Source of the DNA: Auanema rhodensis
Taxonomy: Eukaryota; Animalia; Nematoda
DNA: 64,000 bases
NCBI GenBank assembly: GCA_964057225.1
Contig: OZ059899.1
Coordinates: forward strand, 13,454,001 to 13,518,000
Direction: 5' to 3'
A program made the translations under genes and the position numbers. The notes under the pieces were generated by a model that was not told the origin of the DNA, made no database searches, and was given only the letters and a program-made list of their open reading frames with translations. This document shows, one piece after another, positions 28,519 through 43,483 of this stretch (positions are counted from its first letter, which is position 1; every line of letters begins with the position of its first letter).

Positions 28519-31500
28519 AGGAGAGAGAGAGAGAGAAAGAGAGAGAGAGAAAGAGAGAGACAGAGAAAGAGAGAGAGAGAAGGAGAAAGTTAACGAGAGA
28601 AAGAAGGAAAAGAAAGAAAAGAGAGAAAACTAAGGAATAACAAATGTTTTTTTTCTTTTATCGTTGGGATGGAAGTAGTGTAGTAATAGCTGTAGTAGAT
28701 AGGATAGCATTACAACCAGAAGATGGCAGCTTATCATACCGTATACTACCGTGTCTTGTGTGGAAGAATCATTTAGAAGAGAAGTACCAGCAGGCCAACC
28801 TTTGACATCCAAATAAACTGAATAGATTGTGCTGACAGGTTCCGTGTTAACTTCACATAGATAGCATCCAGTGTCTGAGGTGTCGGCACGTCTAAAACAC
28901 AGAAATAATTGAAAATAAGCCATTTGATTATACGATTTATGAGGTATTTGCTGTATATTTTGCTTATTAAATTATTTGTCTCTTATTTTCCTCATACAAA
29001 TAGTTGAATTGATCCCTCAAGCACGACATCATTCCTCTCTTCCGTTCTTGAATTTTTCGAATTCGTTGATATAATGCCCATTCAATTGAATGGAAATGTT
29101 CAATGTTGATACGACTCACTTACCAATCCCTAGGTAGTCAGGATAGTGTCTCGTTTTGATTTAAACTGAATAAGATGCAGATGGAGGAAGAGCATAACAC
29201 AACTCATTCAAGTAATTTCAAGTAAAAAGGCCAGTTAGTGGATAACGAGAACATCATCCGATAAAGCTATTCATTCAGAGGATTAGAGATATAAGTAGAG
29301 CTACCCAAGTGGGTAAAACGAGACGATGTACATTCGTAATCTTATTAGGATATGGAAGAAGGAATTCAAGATTGCTTCTCTACCACAGCGGGAGGTTTCC
29401 ATGTCACATCCATGATCTTTTCCATTCAATTTCAATCATTTTTATTCTTCTCTACAGTAAATGTGAACACCTGCTCTTGCAATACTAAGAAATACTAAGA
29501 AGCTCATGATTTGCAAGATGAACTCAATGGTACTCAAGAGAGAAAATAAAAAAAAAGAAAGAAATCTCAATTGAACTTGATGCAAAATGCTTACAGTACT
29601 TGCAGAAAATGCCGTAAATAGGTTTTGAAATAAAGCAATTCAATTCGAATCTGTTTTGTTCTTCAGCAGAATTCAGTCAAATGTCAGTTTGATTTGTCAA
29701 AAAAACATTCAAATTCTGCAAAAGAGGAAAAGCGCAAAATTTGGATGTTACATATGGCAAAACACACGGCATATTAAGTTTTTGAGAAAATAATGGTTAA
29801 ATCCCTTAACTACATGAGGAGATGTTCAGGTAAAGGTTACTTTGTTCCAACATTTTCAATATATAAATTCGTTTCAAGCAATTATAATAAATAATTAATT
29901 CCTCTTTCTCTCTTAGTTTCTCTATCTGGTACTTCCTCGCTCTCTCTCTTTAATTCTCTGTTCCTCTTACTAGCTCTCTTTCTCGTTCTCTCACATATAT
30001 TTAGTTATCAATCGTTTTCTATTTTATTAATGTATCTTAGGACTTCTCATGAGCTGAATATTAAGCTTTCCTAAGAGTTCATACTAAAGAACTATTATTG
30101 AATAAGTAATAATAGACCATATGTGCCTTCAGAATTCTTAATGAACACGTCAATTTTTCGAAAACTCTCTTCATTTACATCTACTGCCTCCCCCCTCTAC
30201 TTCTTCATCCCAATCTTTATGGTCATGAATACAATATGAAAATGAAAATCCAAATAAAATACCTCAAAATCAACATCCAATCTTCGTCAGTTTTACGGGA
30301 AACTTGGAATCGGGGATCTGATGTGAAGGATTGATGACCAGCAGTTAGAAGAGCTTGATCTGATGCACGAGTCCAGGCAACCTGAAATCAAAAAATAATA
30401 ATAAGATAATGTGTTTCTTAGGATGAACTTTAAAACTGAATGTCTACGAACTAATAAACATCCCTTCATCATCTCCCCTTTTCAAAGAATATTTGATTTT
30501 CAAGAAGAAAAATCAAAATATTTGATTATATATACACAATGTACGTAAAGCATTTGTTTCTTACAACTCGTTTTCATTGAATTTTCATGTCAAACATTTG
30601 GACCATACTTATCCCTTCTTTCGGTAGAAATGAAATGTATTTCTTCGCTTTAAAATTTGCTATTGTATAGCTTTCAATATGTATTTGATCGCAATAGTAC
30701 CTATAGAAGCAGTAATATAAGCGAACGCTACTGATGATGGACGGATGGACAGGCGGATTACGTCGTCGGCGACATAGCGCACGTTGAATCAACGACACCA
30801 TCTTCTGCATCATTTCCGTCTTTGTGTTGTTACATTTCTTGCGAATCTCGACACTAAGACGACAATAATTGCTCGCAGCTATCTGTCCCTCATCAACCAT
30901 AATACAAGAATATGGCTTTGTTGACTCACTATTTATGAACAAAAGGAGGTTTTGTCAATACAGTAGGATATTAAGAGAAACGGTTTAGATTTCATGTACG
31001 ATTTATCTCTCTCTCTCTCTCTCTTATTTTTCAAAAATTCACACATTACGAACTTTGTAACAATATTAGTTGACGTATAAGGAATACTTAAAGTTTTTTT
31101 TGTCCAAAAATCTGATTGCACGAACACGCTGACGATCGGAAAACATCGAAAGCTATTTCACTATTGATAGTACGTATATACTTTCGGAGCGCAAAATTTC
31201 GTACATGTGGTGAATACATTTCAGATAAACTCCCTTGTAACTATCAAAATATTCTGTAAATACGAGGTCTACCTAGAGAATAACACAATATGGAAACGTT
31301 CATGAACCTGTCAATTAATTCTAATTACATAATGTATTCATTGTAAATGAACACATAGGATATCTCTCTCTTTCTCTCTCTCTCTCCCTCTTTTTCTCTC
31401 CTTATGGAAGAATTGGAATATGGTATTTGGGCGATTGTAATGTGTTCAACATGTGAAAATACGAAGTGAAAAGATTTAGAGGCATTATAATACCATATCT

Positions 31501-34500
31501 AGTTAATTATAAAGAGGACGGTAGGATTTATTGAATATTATATGTCTATATGTCGTTAAATAGATGCCGACGATTCATTCAATTCAACTCTTTTTATGTG
31601 TTCATTTAACGAGAAAAATCTGATTGAATTGGAAAAACAATAAACAATATGCCTCCTCTTCATCTCAATATCATAACTTCTATATGTATCAATCTATTCT
31701 CTTCATATATTCTCATTAAAACATCAAAACAACAACCATCGTGGGCTTGATTATCAATCCATTTATGGATGACTGAAACATCAAAGCAACAGCAATAACA
31801 CTGTGAAGAATCATCTTAACAATCACTGTATAATGCGTGAATACTAAATATACTTTAGATAGATACTATATATAGTATAACTAACTATAATGATTGTTAT
31901 TCAACTTCTTTCTGTTTTTCTCTCTCCCCTCTCTCAATCTTCACAATCCCTAGATCACCTCATTTGACAGATTGCAGTGTCATAGTTCGTTAGAATGTTT
32001 TTTCCAGCTGATGGACATCCGACTTCCTTCTTCACTCTTTCATTTCTCCCTTTGCTCAGGGTCATCATCATAATCAGTCTCAGTCAGCTTGTCGAGGGCA
32101 GTTAGCTCGTCAGAATACAATAGATGATTTCATATCTGACCTTTATGCCCCCATGCAGTCTATTAGCTACAGAGATCCGGTTGACATTCTTTATGTCTCT
32201 CTTTCTCTCTCTATACTATATCATATAACTTATTTAACCATATATAGTGATATAGTGAGCAGATGAATGAATATTACTGTAAACAATACACAAGTTGTAG
32301 CCATATAGAGCGCTGAATCATAGCATACCGATCCACTAGCCTTTGGCCTTCTTTCACATAAATTTTGATTTCCGTCTGGCGTCTATACTTGGATTATAGC
32401 TTAATGATGATTAGCTAAATTAATAGAGCCAGGTGTTTCAGACGGATGAATTGAGAAAATATATAAAGAGGCTACATGAGAAAGAATTAGAAATATAATT
32501 CGAAAGTAAGAGAATAAGACAATAAGAGATAGAGAGAAAACTGTGAAAGAGGTCCGCTTATGTAATTCTTCATGACCGCTATTAGCCTATGTAACGTCGG
32601 TTACCTTATAAGGTTAAACAAAGGATTAAAAGGTCAAGATACAATCAAATGACGTAATATATATAGGCTTAGCTAATTTAAAAAAAAATTAAATTCTCAC
32701 TACATTTTACCATTTGAATTATAATTTCTAGTTAAAAGCAACCGTTATCTATTAGATGAAATTTAAAATGAAATTACATATAATCAACGTGTACGTGAAA
32801 ATTATATGCTAATGAGCTATGCGTGAAAAGTGAAATATGTACGTGAAGTACATTTGAAAGATTTGAATATTTTTTTATAAAAATACGTAAATAAATAATA
32901 ATTAAACTAACCATATGAGTTGTTCCAGTGGGAATTCGACAATGAAGATATGCTGGTTGTTGAGCTGTTACTGTTACAATACGAGATAAAGGATTTTCTA
33001 CAGATGACCGTTCCTGACGTAAACATGCCAGAATATCCTCAGAAATAGCTTGAACTGAAATAAGATGTATAGATATACATATAGAATATATCATAAATCC
33101 GTTCAATATTGTTTAAAATGTTTGTTTTCAATGTATTTTCTTGGTTATTCCCACCCTCCTTGGTTGCCCCCTTCTCTCTCCTCCTTATATATTCGTTGTA
33201 TATGTTTTTTTCAAGAAAAATTTCTTAATATAAGGGGGCTTGCTCTTTCAGATTTCTCTTAGAGTTTTCCGATGATATTAGCTTTCTTCCAAATATGAAA
33301 TTAAATAATGATGAATAAGCTTTGCGAAATTTGATTAGAAATTCCTGAGCATTTCGGCGGGCAGCACTTCAACAGCCTCACACGACTTTTTCGTGAAACA
33401 AAAATTTCAGGAAATAAAGAAAAAGCTTATGAATATCAAGGAAATACTTAAAAGATGGAGTCGATTTTTCATTAAAATGAATGACAGACAACCTTCTTGA
33501 TTGAAAGAAAAAAAGTAATTTGGTTGATTGAATACGTTTGTTGTGTTAAGATTATATTAGAACTTGTATGTCCCTCTTTCACCCCCTCTTCTTTTTTTAA
33601 AGAAAAAAATGAATATAAGAAGGATATAGTTATAATAGTTAATTGATATCATCCTTCTTCAATAGAATATGTGATAAAAGTGTCATTTATGACAATCTGT
33701 CAATCATATTATCACTTTAACTATTACTTTTATCATTTTTTACCATCTAGATATCCATAATCCTAGTATAGATGTTACAAATTCTTCATAGACAATACGA
33801 TTATATCAGGATTCAATAGATAAGTATGTAGATCAGTAGTAGTTATGATGGTATCTGATGTAGTTTAAGTTTCAAACGAAGCTTATTCAAAGTTGTTGAT
33901 GATGATTCATTTATTTGCCACATTGTTCTCAGAAAAATATCTCATCTATCCCTTGATATTTTCAAATGAATGAAGCTTCAGTTGCATTGTTTAGATCCCC
34001 TTCAATCTTCTTGAATTTTAAAATATTTAATTTCAAAATCAACGTCAACGCTTCATCACAATATCTCATATTCAGGATGCGTTATGAACGATGTCGGCAA
34101 TGCTGTTCTTGAACAAAGGAACCCTGAGCCCGGTTCTTCTTTCAAGTCCATCAGGACAAATTTGCATTTTGATTGGCCAGTAAGACTACTCAACTTCCTT
34201 AACTGATTGTCGTGTCGTGTGGACTAGAAGAAAGCTGCAGAGAGTTCAGAGAGATAGAGATACGAAGGGTATGAAGAGAACGCTGCGAAAACTGAGATAT
34301 CGAGGGAGTATGAGATGGAACGAAGGAAATAACTTGACAGCTCTGGCGACAGATTGGATTCGAAGTATTATCGTCAAAAGTGTAAAACCAAATATAGTTT
34401 TGTATCTATACTAAAGCTCGATCAAGTGCTTTTTCACCGAACGTCTTTACCATCTCGAATCTCTTTGAATCATAAAGCAATTGTTCTTGGTCCATGTTTG

Positions 34501-35549
34501 ACTTATGTTTCTGCAGCCGTTATTGTCATGAACGAACAACTAGACAGCTAGCTATTCAAAGTGACTGAAGGAAACATCTAAATACAGTGGCCCTAATTGG
34601 ATTGATGCGACCTGATGAGCCAGATGTTCTCATGTATCTGTCATCGGCTTAGTTATGGTCTTCATAGCTAGGCCAGACTTAGCATTTTCAGTTCCCTTCA
34701 CTGCCACTTCTAACCAACCGACTCTTGACAACCATTAAGCTGTTGATTGAATAACACAAAAAGTAAAAGAGAAAGAGAAGATGAGTCTCAAGAAAGATTT
34801 TCGAAGCGAATATTCTAAAATTGCCTTTTTCCTCTTACTTCCCATTGCCTTCATCGTTGGCTGAATTGCGGTTTCCGTGTCAGATTTGTCGCATCTCCTA
34901 GCTGTTGTCATCTTCTTTAGGAAATTCTTCATCTTTTGTATTTCAGATTCCGAGTTAGTATAGAGTGTTTGAGATATTTTTATAATATGAACAGTCCTCT
35001 TCTAATGATGAAGATAAAGATGTTTCAAGTTTCAAGCTGGATGTCCTTAGATGTTTCGATGATAAGAAGGTTGCCAACTTGACTCATAAGCCATTCGCAT
35101 CATAGAAGATGGCTAAATAGCAGAGAAAGACACAGATAGAGAGAAGCCTACGTCTTCAGCCATTTTGGCTACTCAGATTTGTATGTCTAGCCCCAGGGAT
35201 TGCTGTCCAGCTATGGCTAACATCTGAGGTCCATCACATTTCAGCCGAAACGAAACATACTTTAACCGGCCTAAGTTCATCTTATCCGGAAGCTCATCTA
35301 TCAAAACGATGGCCCAATAGCTTCAGAGTGAAATGAGCACAAACGTTGCTCAGTTATGCTTCTACAAGCTTCGAATAAGTAGAAAAGATACATAGAAGTT
35401 GAATATGAAATTCGTTTGAACAAAAATTTCAATCAACCAGGCTGTAGGTGAATAGATGCTTATATGAGGCTCATATGTCATCAGAATGAACTACATCAGT
35501 ACATCTTTGATTGATGAAGAAGGTTAGAAAAGAGGATACTTCCACAGAG

Positions 35550-35594
<45 letters not shown>

Positions 35595-38294
35595 AAACAA
35601 AATAACAAATAACTAGTTTTGTTGGTAAAATGATGGCAAGCTCTCTCTTTTTGAATAAATAGACAAACGAAAAGATGAGAAACTGAAGCATTTTGTGTGT
35701 TCTTGTGTGCCAACCAATGTTCGTTTCCAAGTCATAACACAGGAATAGATGAAGCCATGTTTGTCACCAGAGACTACTTTCAGCCTTTAACTTAACTTAG
35801 TCTCATCGAACTCTTCAGATCGTTTACTATCCAACAACTTGCTAACTACATAAATTCTGGATGATAGATGTAATCGACCTCTCTCTATCTCTGACTTATC
35901 ATAATTTGAAAGATCATACACTAAAGATATACAATGCTGTTTCGACCTCATCTATTGTGAATAAAGTTTGAACTTGATCAAATAACATGGTGGAATGTTT
36001 GAACTGATGTAAACAACGAAAAAAAAATTCAAAGAAGGTCGATATTCAAGAAGATAACAAGCTAAAGAAAGGAAGTTTGCTGAATCGTTTTCTTCTTAAT
36101 TCAGCCGATTTTCTTCGAACGATCACCTTTCTTCACTTTCTTTTCAAGTAATTTGAGGAGACTGACACACTTGATTATCAGGTCAACACAGCAGCCTTAT
36201 AAAGCTTCAATAAGCTTAAACTAATAGAAAAGATTCTGATTTCCTAAAGCTTTTTTTCACTTTTTGAAATTCAAAACCATTTCTGTATTTCGAACTTTTT
36301 TTCGCGCAAATTTCTTTGCAAAAACATTCGACATGGTTAAGAATACTATAAACTATACAACTCATTAAGTATTGGGAAATGAAAGATTATTAGGAAAAAA
36401 GTGAAGAAAATAGAAAATCAGTGAATATGGATGTTCTCTCCCCCCCCCCTTCCCTGTTCTCCCATCTCTTCCATTTTTTTCTTCACATGCTCTTTCCTGC
36501 TTATTCCATTTTCTTCTTTTTTTTCTGTTTTTTCCTTGGAAACTGCTGTCAGCACTTGGATCTGCATCTGTTTAGATGTGATTTCCAAGTATTTTCTTTC
36601 GTTTTTTGACTTTCAACATGCGATGTCCTTAAGTTGCCATTTTGATATCTGGTCTTCTCGAACTACGAAGTAAATGAAACTCAAATACAACTGTTTGCAA
36701 ACATTTTAGTGCATAGCATCTATTCTAACTTTACACAGATGTTGTTGTTGTTTATTCAATTCAAACTGATTCAAATACCTATTCATAGAGTGCTGAGCTC
36801 TATATAAAGCTTTCAATGCTCCAGCAGACTAAAATACGACAAGTAGCTAAAGATGTGAGCATTTGACACAGAAAGAGAGCGTCATCTTTTTCCAAAATTT
36901 ATGTGCTTGCTGTTCGAACGTTACTTGTTATTCAAACTAGTCCTGCAACATCAACAACATATGCTTCTGTTTCATCTGACGACGTTTGACCCAGCTATTT
37001 AGAAACGAATTGAACTACAGGAAATTATGCAAATTACGAAAACGACTTCAGCTTTAGCTTGATCATCTTCAATTTCGTGTTACTTCAAATTTTCTTTTCT
37101 ATACTATACTATATCGGATTCAAAAAATATTCTTTTAAAAACCATTTTAAATCAATTTGATGCAGATGTTCAAGTTCAGGGCATCATCAGATGCTTCGCT
37201 ATCTTCGGCACCAATTCCCTACCCACCACGTCATCAAAGACCTTAAGTGACATCATTGAGAAGCATCAAGAGGCACTTAAGCATTTTTGAATCTTATTAT
37301 AATTAAAATAGAAAAAATTTGTATAATTATCCTTCGTATGTTTTAGGATTTTCCAAATCTAAACAAGAAACAGTTGTCTGGCAACAATGAACGAAGCAAT
37401 GTTTAGATATACAAGATGCGCATTAATCTGGCGCATTATGCAGATGAATCAACTTGTATGAGAGGATCAGTAATTCAACCAGAAAGTAAAGTATACTACA
37501 ATTAGCATTACAGCATAAGCTATAACAATATGCTATATCAACTTAATAAGTTGTTATAGTTAGAGGGAGAAAGAGGTTAATTCCTTTTATAATAAACTGA
37601 TGTGACGAAGAAAATGTATAAGAAGAGAATACGTATAGATAGTTAAGTCTTATGTCTTTTATTTGCTTTTACACCAAATTATAGCTGTACGCAAGTAGAA
37701 GATAAAGGTTAAATATGCTACTTTCTCTCTAATAAACTATTATATAAAACCTTAAACATATAGTTAAACATCTTCTTTTCGATACAAGACGTTTTATGTT
37801 TAAGTTGGTTGCCAAGATGAGCATGATCTATGTAGCTAAGGTTGGGATACTTGCCCTATACCTTAGACATGCTATTGCTGAATCAAATAGTCAGATTCAG
37901 CTTTCATATGTTTGTAGAGATGTCCAAAAAGCCAAAAAAACACTTAAAATCAATAATGATATGAAAGAAATGAAACTGTGACGACCAACAGATAGAAAGG
38001 GGTTTTCCATATTCCGTCATTTCTGTCGTCGGTCAGTTAGTTCATCATCACCACATGTGACTGTGTTTCTTTATAAAATTACGGTAACCGGATAGGAGGA
38101 TTAGTGATGATAGAAGCCGAAATAGCTAGAGAACGTAAAGTGTTTACTCTAGTTCTTCCTGCTATCAGCAAGGAGGGTAATGTCTTCTTTCTAGAGCCAA
38201 GAGGGAGAGAGAATCCCCATATACATATGAGCGAGAGCAGGCGAAAGAGAGAGAGAGACATAAAGAGCATAACGTAGAGGTTAAAAGCGGACAT
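25382..38294 (-). CDS. zig-8: Two-Ig-domain GPI-anchored protein ZIG-8 (Dpr ortholog), long introns
   Basis: Exons 33054-32912 (ISEDILACLRQERSSVENP...PAYLHC), 30381-30263 (VAWTRASDQALLTAG...DPRFQV), 28891-28800 (DTGCYLCEVN), 28255-28226 (EPP linker), KKSTKLVANMAGNEVLLNCTV, DDGDYAC, and a hydrophobic GPI-signal tail ending at 25382. The signal-peptide exon 38294-38225 (MSAFNLYVMLFMSLSLFRLLSLI) is phase-compatible but less certain. Confidence 0.9.
27773..27905 (+). repeat. (GA)n-rich microsatellite
   Basis: Long interrupted GA dinucleotide run in a zig-8 intron; source of spurious ER/SL ORFs. Confidence 0.95.
28470..28627 (+). repeat. (GA)n-rich polypurine tract
   Basis: Interrupted GA repeat. 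Confidence 0.9.
30732..30895 (+). ncRNA. Candidate structured RNA, antisense within a zig-8 intron
   Basis: GC-rich island whose ends pair over four helices using G-U pairs on the plus strand; no family recognised. Confidence 0.35.
35552..35591 (+). repeat. (TC)n microsatellite
   Basis: About 20 perfect TC units. Confidence 0.95.
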
Positions 38295-39626
38295 CGAACA
38301 TTGTGACCACCACCACGACCAGCAGTAGCAGCCGCAGAACCTTAGTGCTTCTTCATCTACAATCACCAGAAGCCTTGTGCCCTTTCTTGTCGGTTTTTTT
38401 GAGGGCGCCGAAAAAGCGCTGTCGCGACAAACCGAAAAGCTCGTTCGCACCATAAATGAGCAAATAAGGGTCAACTAAGGTTAAGAATACGCTAATTGGT
38501 GGTTAACAGAGAGGAAAGGTGTGTGAAATTACGACAACAAAAAGCTCAGTAAAGTTAAGCTTTTACGAAGTCTATTGAACAAATACGAAGAAAAATACGT
38601 TTAGTTTCCTTAAACATAACGAATTTATAAAGAGAGGTGAAGTATGGGAATTAAGAAGTTTAAAAAGAAAAAAAAAAGAAGAAAAATCTAAAACATACCA
38701 GATGAGGTATAGCAGAAGAAGCTTAGAGATAGAAGTAATAAGTGAAGCATCATTGGTCGGATAGAGTTGACAGCAGAATGATAATGGTGATAAGGTTGAA
38801 GTTGTTCGTGATGCTGTAAGCAGTAGTAGTAGTAGCAGCTATAGTTGCTATTGAAAGACAATGAAGTATCTAGAAATAAAGAGTTATGATAACTGGATAA
38901 GAAAACAATATTTGTTTGAGAAAATTCATGGAAAAAACATAACATAACATGAAAATGAATTGAGAGAAGAATGAAGAGGAAAGGTAAATATAAGAAATAT
39001 ATACAAGTTATTCAAATAATTATTATAAGTAATTGCTAATATACTATAGATTTTATATAATTAATCAAAATCTTTTTGGAATCCAAGTAAATATACAGAA
39101 ATACCATTAAAAGGACCGGACAAACTGTATGAGGGAGTATCAGATCATCCTTTGAAGACTTCAGCTCTCTCATATCCCAAATATATGATGAAATCTGGAG
39201 AGTGAAGCCAGTTGCCTACAGGGCATTACGAGAGTCAAGTGAGGTTGTTTCTCTCCTGCTCATTGTCTAAACCGTCTGATTCGACCAGGGTAAGAGAAGA
39301 AAGAAGAAGGGGGAGGAGCACGCAGGCTGGCTGGCCTGGCTGGCTGGTTAGTTCGGAGAACAGCAGCAAGCCACGCCTACTGAGCTGCGTTGTGAAGTAA
39401 ATGGAGAATCAGCACGACTGAAATGAGTGAGTGACGGCTACTTCGAGTTCATAATAGCGACGAGAAGGTTTTAAGCTTTAAAAGAAGAGGTCACTTCGTT
39501 AAAGGAGATAATCACATGTTATGAGAAATGAAGCAACCAATTGATTTTGGTTGGAAGAGATACTCGAGACCCAAGCATGTAAATGAAGGATAAGATATAT
39601 GTGAATAGTAATAGAACAAGGTAGGA

Positions 39627-39630
<4 letters not shown>

Positions 39631-39684
<54 letters not shown>
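39631..39684 (+). repeat. (AG)n microsatellite
   Basis: About 27 perfect AG units. Confidence 0.95.
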
Positions 39685-39689
<5 letters not shown>

Positions 39690-40888
39690 TAGAGATTTAC
39701 TTCCGTTACTACCTAAAAGAATCAAATAACTAAGTATTTCGTGAATAATAATAAAGATTATCTTATATGAGAAAGCTATTCAGATGAGACTGAGGAATAA
39801 TGCTCAAGCAATTAGCTGCTCATTCCAGCAGTGCGCAACTTACATCAACCTGAGGATTAAGAGCTCAATAGGGGTTAATACACGTACGTACACATCATCA
39901 TCATCATCATCATCAGATATGTTGTATTCATATCAAACTAAGAATATCTAGTTATAGTCTTGACTATAGACAGAAACAAGGGAGAGAATGAAGAAGAAGA
40001 AGGGTAACAGGGAGAAAGGATTAAGTCTAATTACTATTACCAACTTGAGAACAATAGAATAAGCAGTATGTTTTAAGAGCAAAATAGAAGAAACTTTATT
40101 TGTTTTTCAACCTTAATTCAACTAAAAAAAAATTTTTTTATCCTAAGGAAATTTTTCTAGGAGAATAGGAGATAAGATTCATTTATTCTTTATAATTGCT
40201 ATAGTTCTTTCTTTGTTTTTATATCTTTTCAAGAATTGAATGAGAAAGTCATGTCAACATCAATATAAGAAAGAAAGGTTCATATTGGTTCATCTAACAT
40301 CTGCTTCATCTCTTGTGCATCATGACATGCAGCATATAAGGTGTACTATAGTACATACATATACATGGATATTAGCCATTTTTTTTAAAAATCTTTATAA
40401 TTCTTATAGAAAATAGTTAATTATAACATATAAATTAACGTTTATATAGTTGTTTAGATGAAATTAGTTTCCAAGTTCTATATGCTGATTTTAGAAATTT
40501 ATGCTTGAACACACATCTTTTATTCGACCTTCATCTCTTATATACAGCTTACTACAGCTTTTTCTTCACTTTACTCAAGTTTTATCCTATTTTCAACCTC
40601 ATCCTATTCTCATTTGATTTGTTGAACGGAGATAGAATGAACAAAGGAGCTGAGAAGATACAAAGAGTTCTCTTTTCAAAAGTAAATTACTAATCGTTTC
40701 GTCTCATCAATTTAGTAAAATTTACAAAGAATAATTTAGATAACAAGTACTATTATAATAAAAATTTAAATATGTAAATATATACTATTAAATAGAAAAA
40801 AAAGTTGGATTTAAGGTGGAAACAGTGGCCATTAGCAACCAAGCTCTCTCCTTCCTCTATTTCTTCTCAGTAAAGAGAGAGGGAGGGT

Positions 40889-40970
40889 GAAAGTAATAGA
40901 GAGAGAGAGAATGGAAAGTAATAGAGAGAGAGAGGGGAAAGTAATAGAGAGAGAGACAGAGAGAGAGAGA
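40889..40970 (+). repeat. Minisatellite, 3 copies of GAAAGTAATA(GA)5-6
   Basis: GAAAGTAATAGAGAGAGAGA occurs three times in tandem. Confidence 0.85.
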
Positions 40971-41282
40971 CATTTTTACTTTTTATTCTACAAAGTATGT
41001 GAGTCGGTCGCATTCCATATTATATAAGTCATTTCTAATGATTTTCAATGTTTTTTTTTCATAAAATTAAAGAATAAACTGTTTTGTAAATATAAAAGTT
41101 TTGAGGTATTGTTTAAACCTATAGGTATAGTTAGTTGATGTGAATAGATTCTTAGTATACTATCCAATTTCAGGTCATTGTTGTGTGAAGGGCAATAACC
41201 ATTGAGTATAAGAAGCATGTGTTATGGCATATCTTCAATAGTATTTATAGAGAAAAGTGTGCCACCTTTAGGATATTACTGA

Positions 41283-41313
<31 letters not shown>

Positions 41314-42183
41314 CCTCTCTCTCTCTTCTTGTTGCAAAGTAAATAAGAAAGTTGTCTTGTAGTAGTTGAATGAAACATCTATCGGATATCATAGGTTAGA
41401 TGTATATGAAACTCATTAAACATCCATTTTTTTGTCATTTTTTGTCATATAAATTAGCTTAACTATATGTTTTGATACATATGTATATATATATTTAATA
41501 TTTCATTAACTATTTCAATTCTTCTATACTTCATTTTGACTTGTTTTCATCTCTTTTTAGGAATTTTTCCTTTCTTCTTGTTGAAGCTTTAGTTTACTCA
41601 ACATCAAATTCAAGAATTTCTATAAAATATTCTTTTATCTAAAGTTACTTCTGAATGGCAACCACGTGTGACAGATACGTGCCATAGTTTACGGATGAGA
41701 TGAGTTACATAATGAAGAAACATTAAGGTTAAGAACGATGACAACATACATTATTATATAAATTTATGAATAAATTGTCTTTAACTATTCAAGAATTATG
41801 ACTAAGAATTTATAAAATTAACTGTTTTTTTTTGTTTTTCTTTGGTTTATATTTTTTAAATTTTGAGATTGAGAATATTCAAGAAGACGTTGAAGCAGAA
41901 GGAACATGAGAATAATCACGTAAGAGAAATGGAGCAAGAGCATAAGAAAGAGCAGGAGCATCATAAGTAGCACGTGAAAGAGCGGAAACATCAGAAGGAC
42001 CAGGAGCAGGAATAGCAGCAACAGCAGAAGCGAGTAAAAGAACAGGATCATGAGAAGGAACATCAGAAGTAACTAGATCACAACAAATAAAACTTTGTTG
42101 ATAGAAAATTAGTATAAAGCTGAAGTTTAGAGAAATAAGTTGCAAATCATCTAAGTATAAAAGTATTTTTTTTTCATAAATCA

Positions 42184-43483
42184 TCACATGTATATTTGAT
42201 ATTCATTTTCATCATCTGAATCCATTAATTCTGCTTGTACGACGAATGGTTGCTGTGGTATTCCTTCTAAAGATGGAATTTCCTTCATCATTTCACTTAT
42301 TGTCTTCTTTACTATGATAACACGATCACGATAAATCTGTAAAGCAGCATGTATTCCACGTTTTACACACAACAGACTGCCATAATACATTGGAAATTCC
42401 TGAAACATCATGATATATATTGAAATGAGAAGTAAGAAAGATCTTACTCTATCCAGAAGATAATATTGTCCAGATGATTCAGCATCCCATAATTCCGTTA
42501 AAGTACTAATATCTTTGATTAAAACATCAAGCTCATCACATCCAGATACTTGTTCAGCTAAGAATTCATCACATTCTAATCTACCATCTACCCAACTCTT
42601 AAGAAAATTAAAGTTTTTTGTATAATTATTATATATAATATTACCTTTATTAGATGATTTATACCTTTTGATGAAATATTTTCATGATGGACTATAGCTA
42701 TCGACTTTCTTGGACCCTAAAGCATAAGAGAATATAGTTAAGAATAGAATTGAAATACTATATGTACACGATATATAGATATAACTTACTATATGATATG
42801 GTAAATCTTCCATAAAATCATAACTTCTTGATGAATCATGTCGAAAGTATACACTCTGAGCTTGAATCATCTGAAGAGCTCTAGCAACAAAGCTATCGGA
42901 AACATTGCCAAATGACACATAACGGAACTTCAGATCGACAACTTGTAACAGCATTTGTAGAACTTTCTTCTCATCTTCAGATTTAACATAATCCTAAAAT
43001 TAATTTTAATTTATTAATTTTTATACAATTTGTAATTACTAATTTGAGATCTAATGTTGAACGATGAAAGTAATCTTTCATTATAAACGATGAAACATTT
43101 TCATTTCTTTGATTTCCAACTAGAAAATTCTAAATCAAATAGATATTATATGAAAATAGTAGATATGATCTGTATAACTAACCTCAGAATATGTTCTTGA
43201 ATCATATCGGATGACTGCTTTTGGAAAATCAATTCGTAACTTTCGGGCATTTCGAGTAATTCGTGATCTCATATTCTTGCATGATGATTCAAGATTTATA
43301 ATACACGTATAATCAAGCTTAATTCAAAAGATTTTTCTTTTTTTTTCCATAAAAACATCTTACATGATCAAATATTTCGAATAAACATTGTATTGGTAGA
43401 TCTAATATAGAAGTAGTTGTAGGAGTAGTAGGAGGAGGAGGATGACGAGAGATACTAGTAGATGCTTGTTCCTTCTTCATCAT
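42184..43483 (-). CDS. Nematode-type F-box protein (F-box plus FBA-like region)
   Basis: SILDLPIQCLFEIFDH|LDYTCIINLESSCKNMR (F-box), then in-frame short introns and ISSKGINHLIKSWVDG (resembles the FBA_2 lN.flk.W..G motif). The 3' end is uncertain; an extra exon near 41879-42090 is possible. Confidence 0.7.

Noticed and set aside
34612-34648. CTGATGAG hammerhead-like core (also CTGATGA at 30731)
   Set aside because: No stem II followed by GAAA and no stem III/cleavage triplet; only a simple hairpin.
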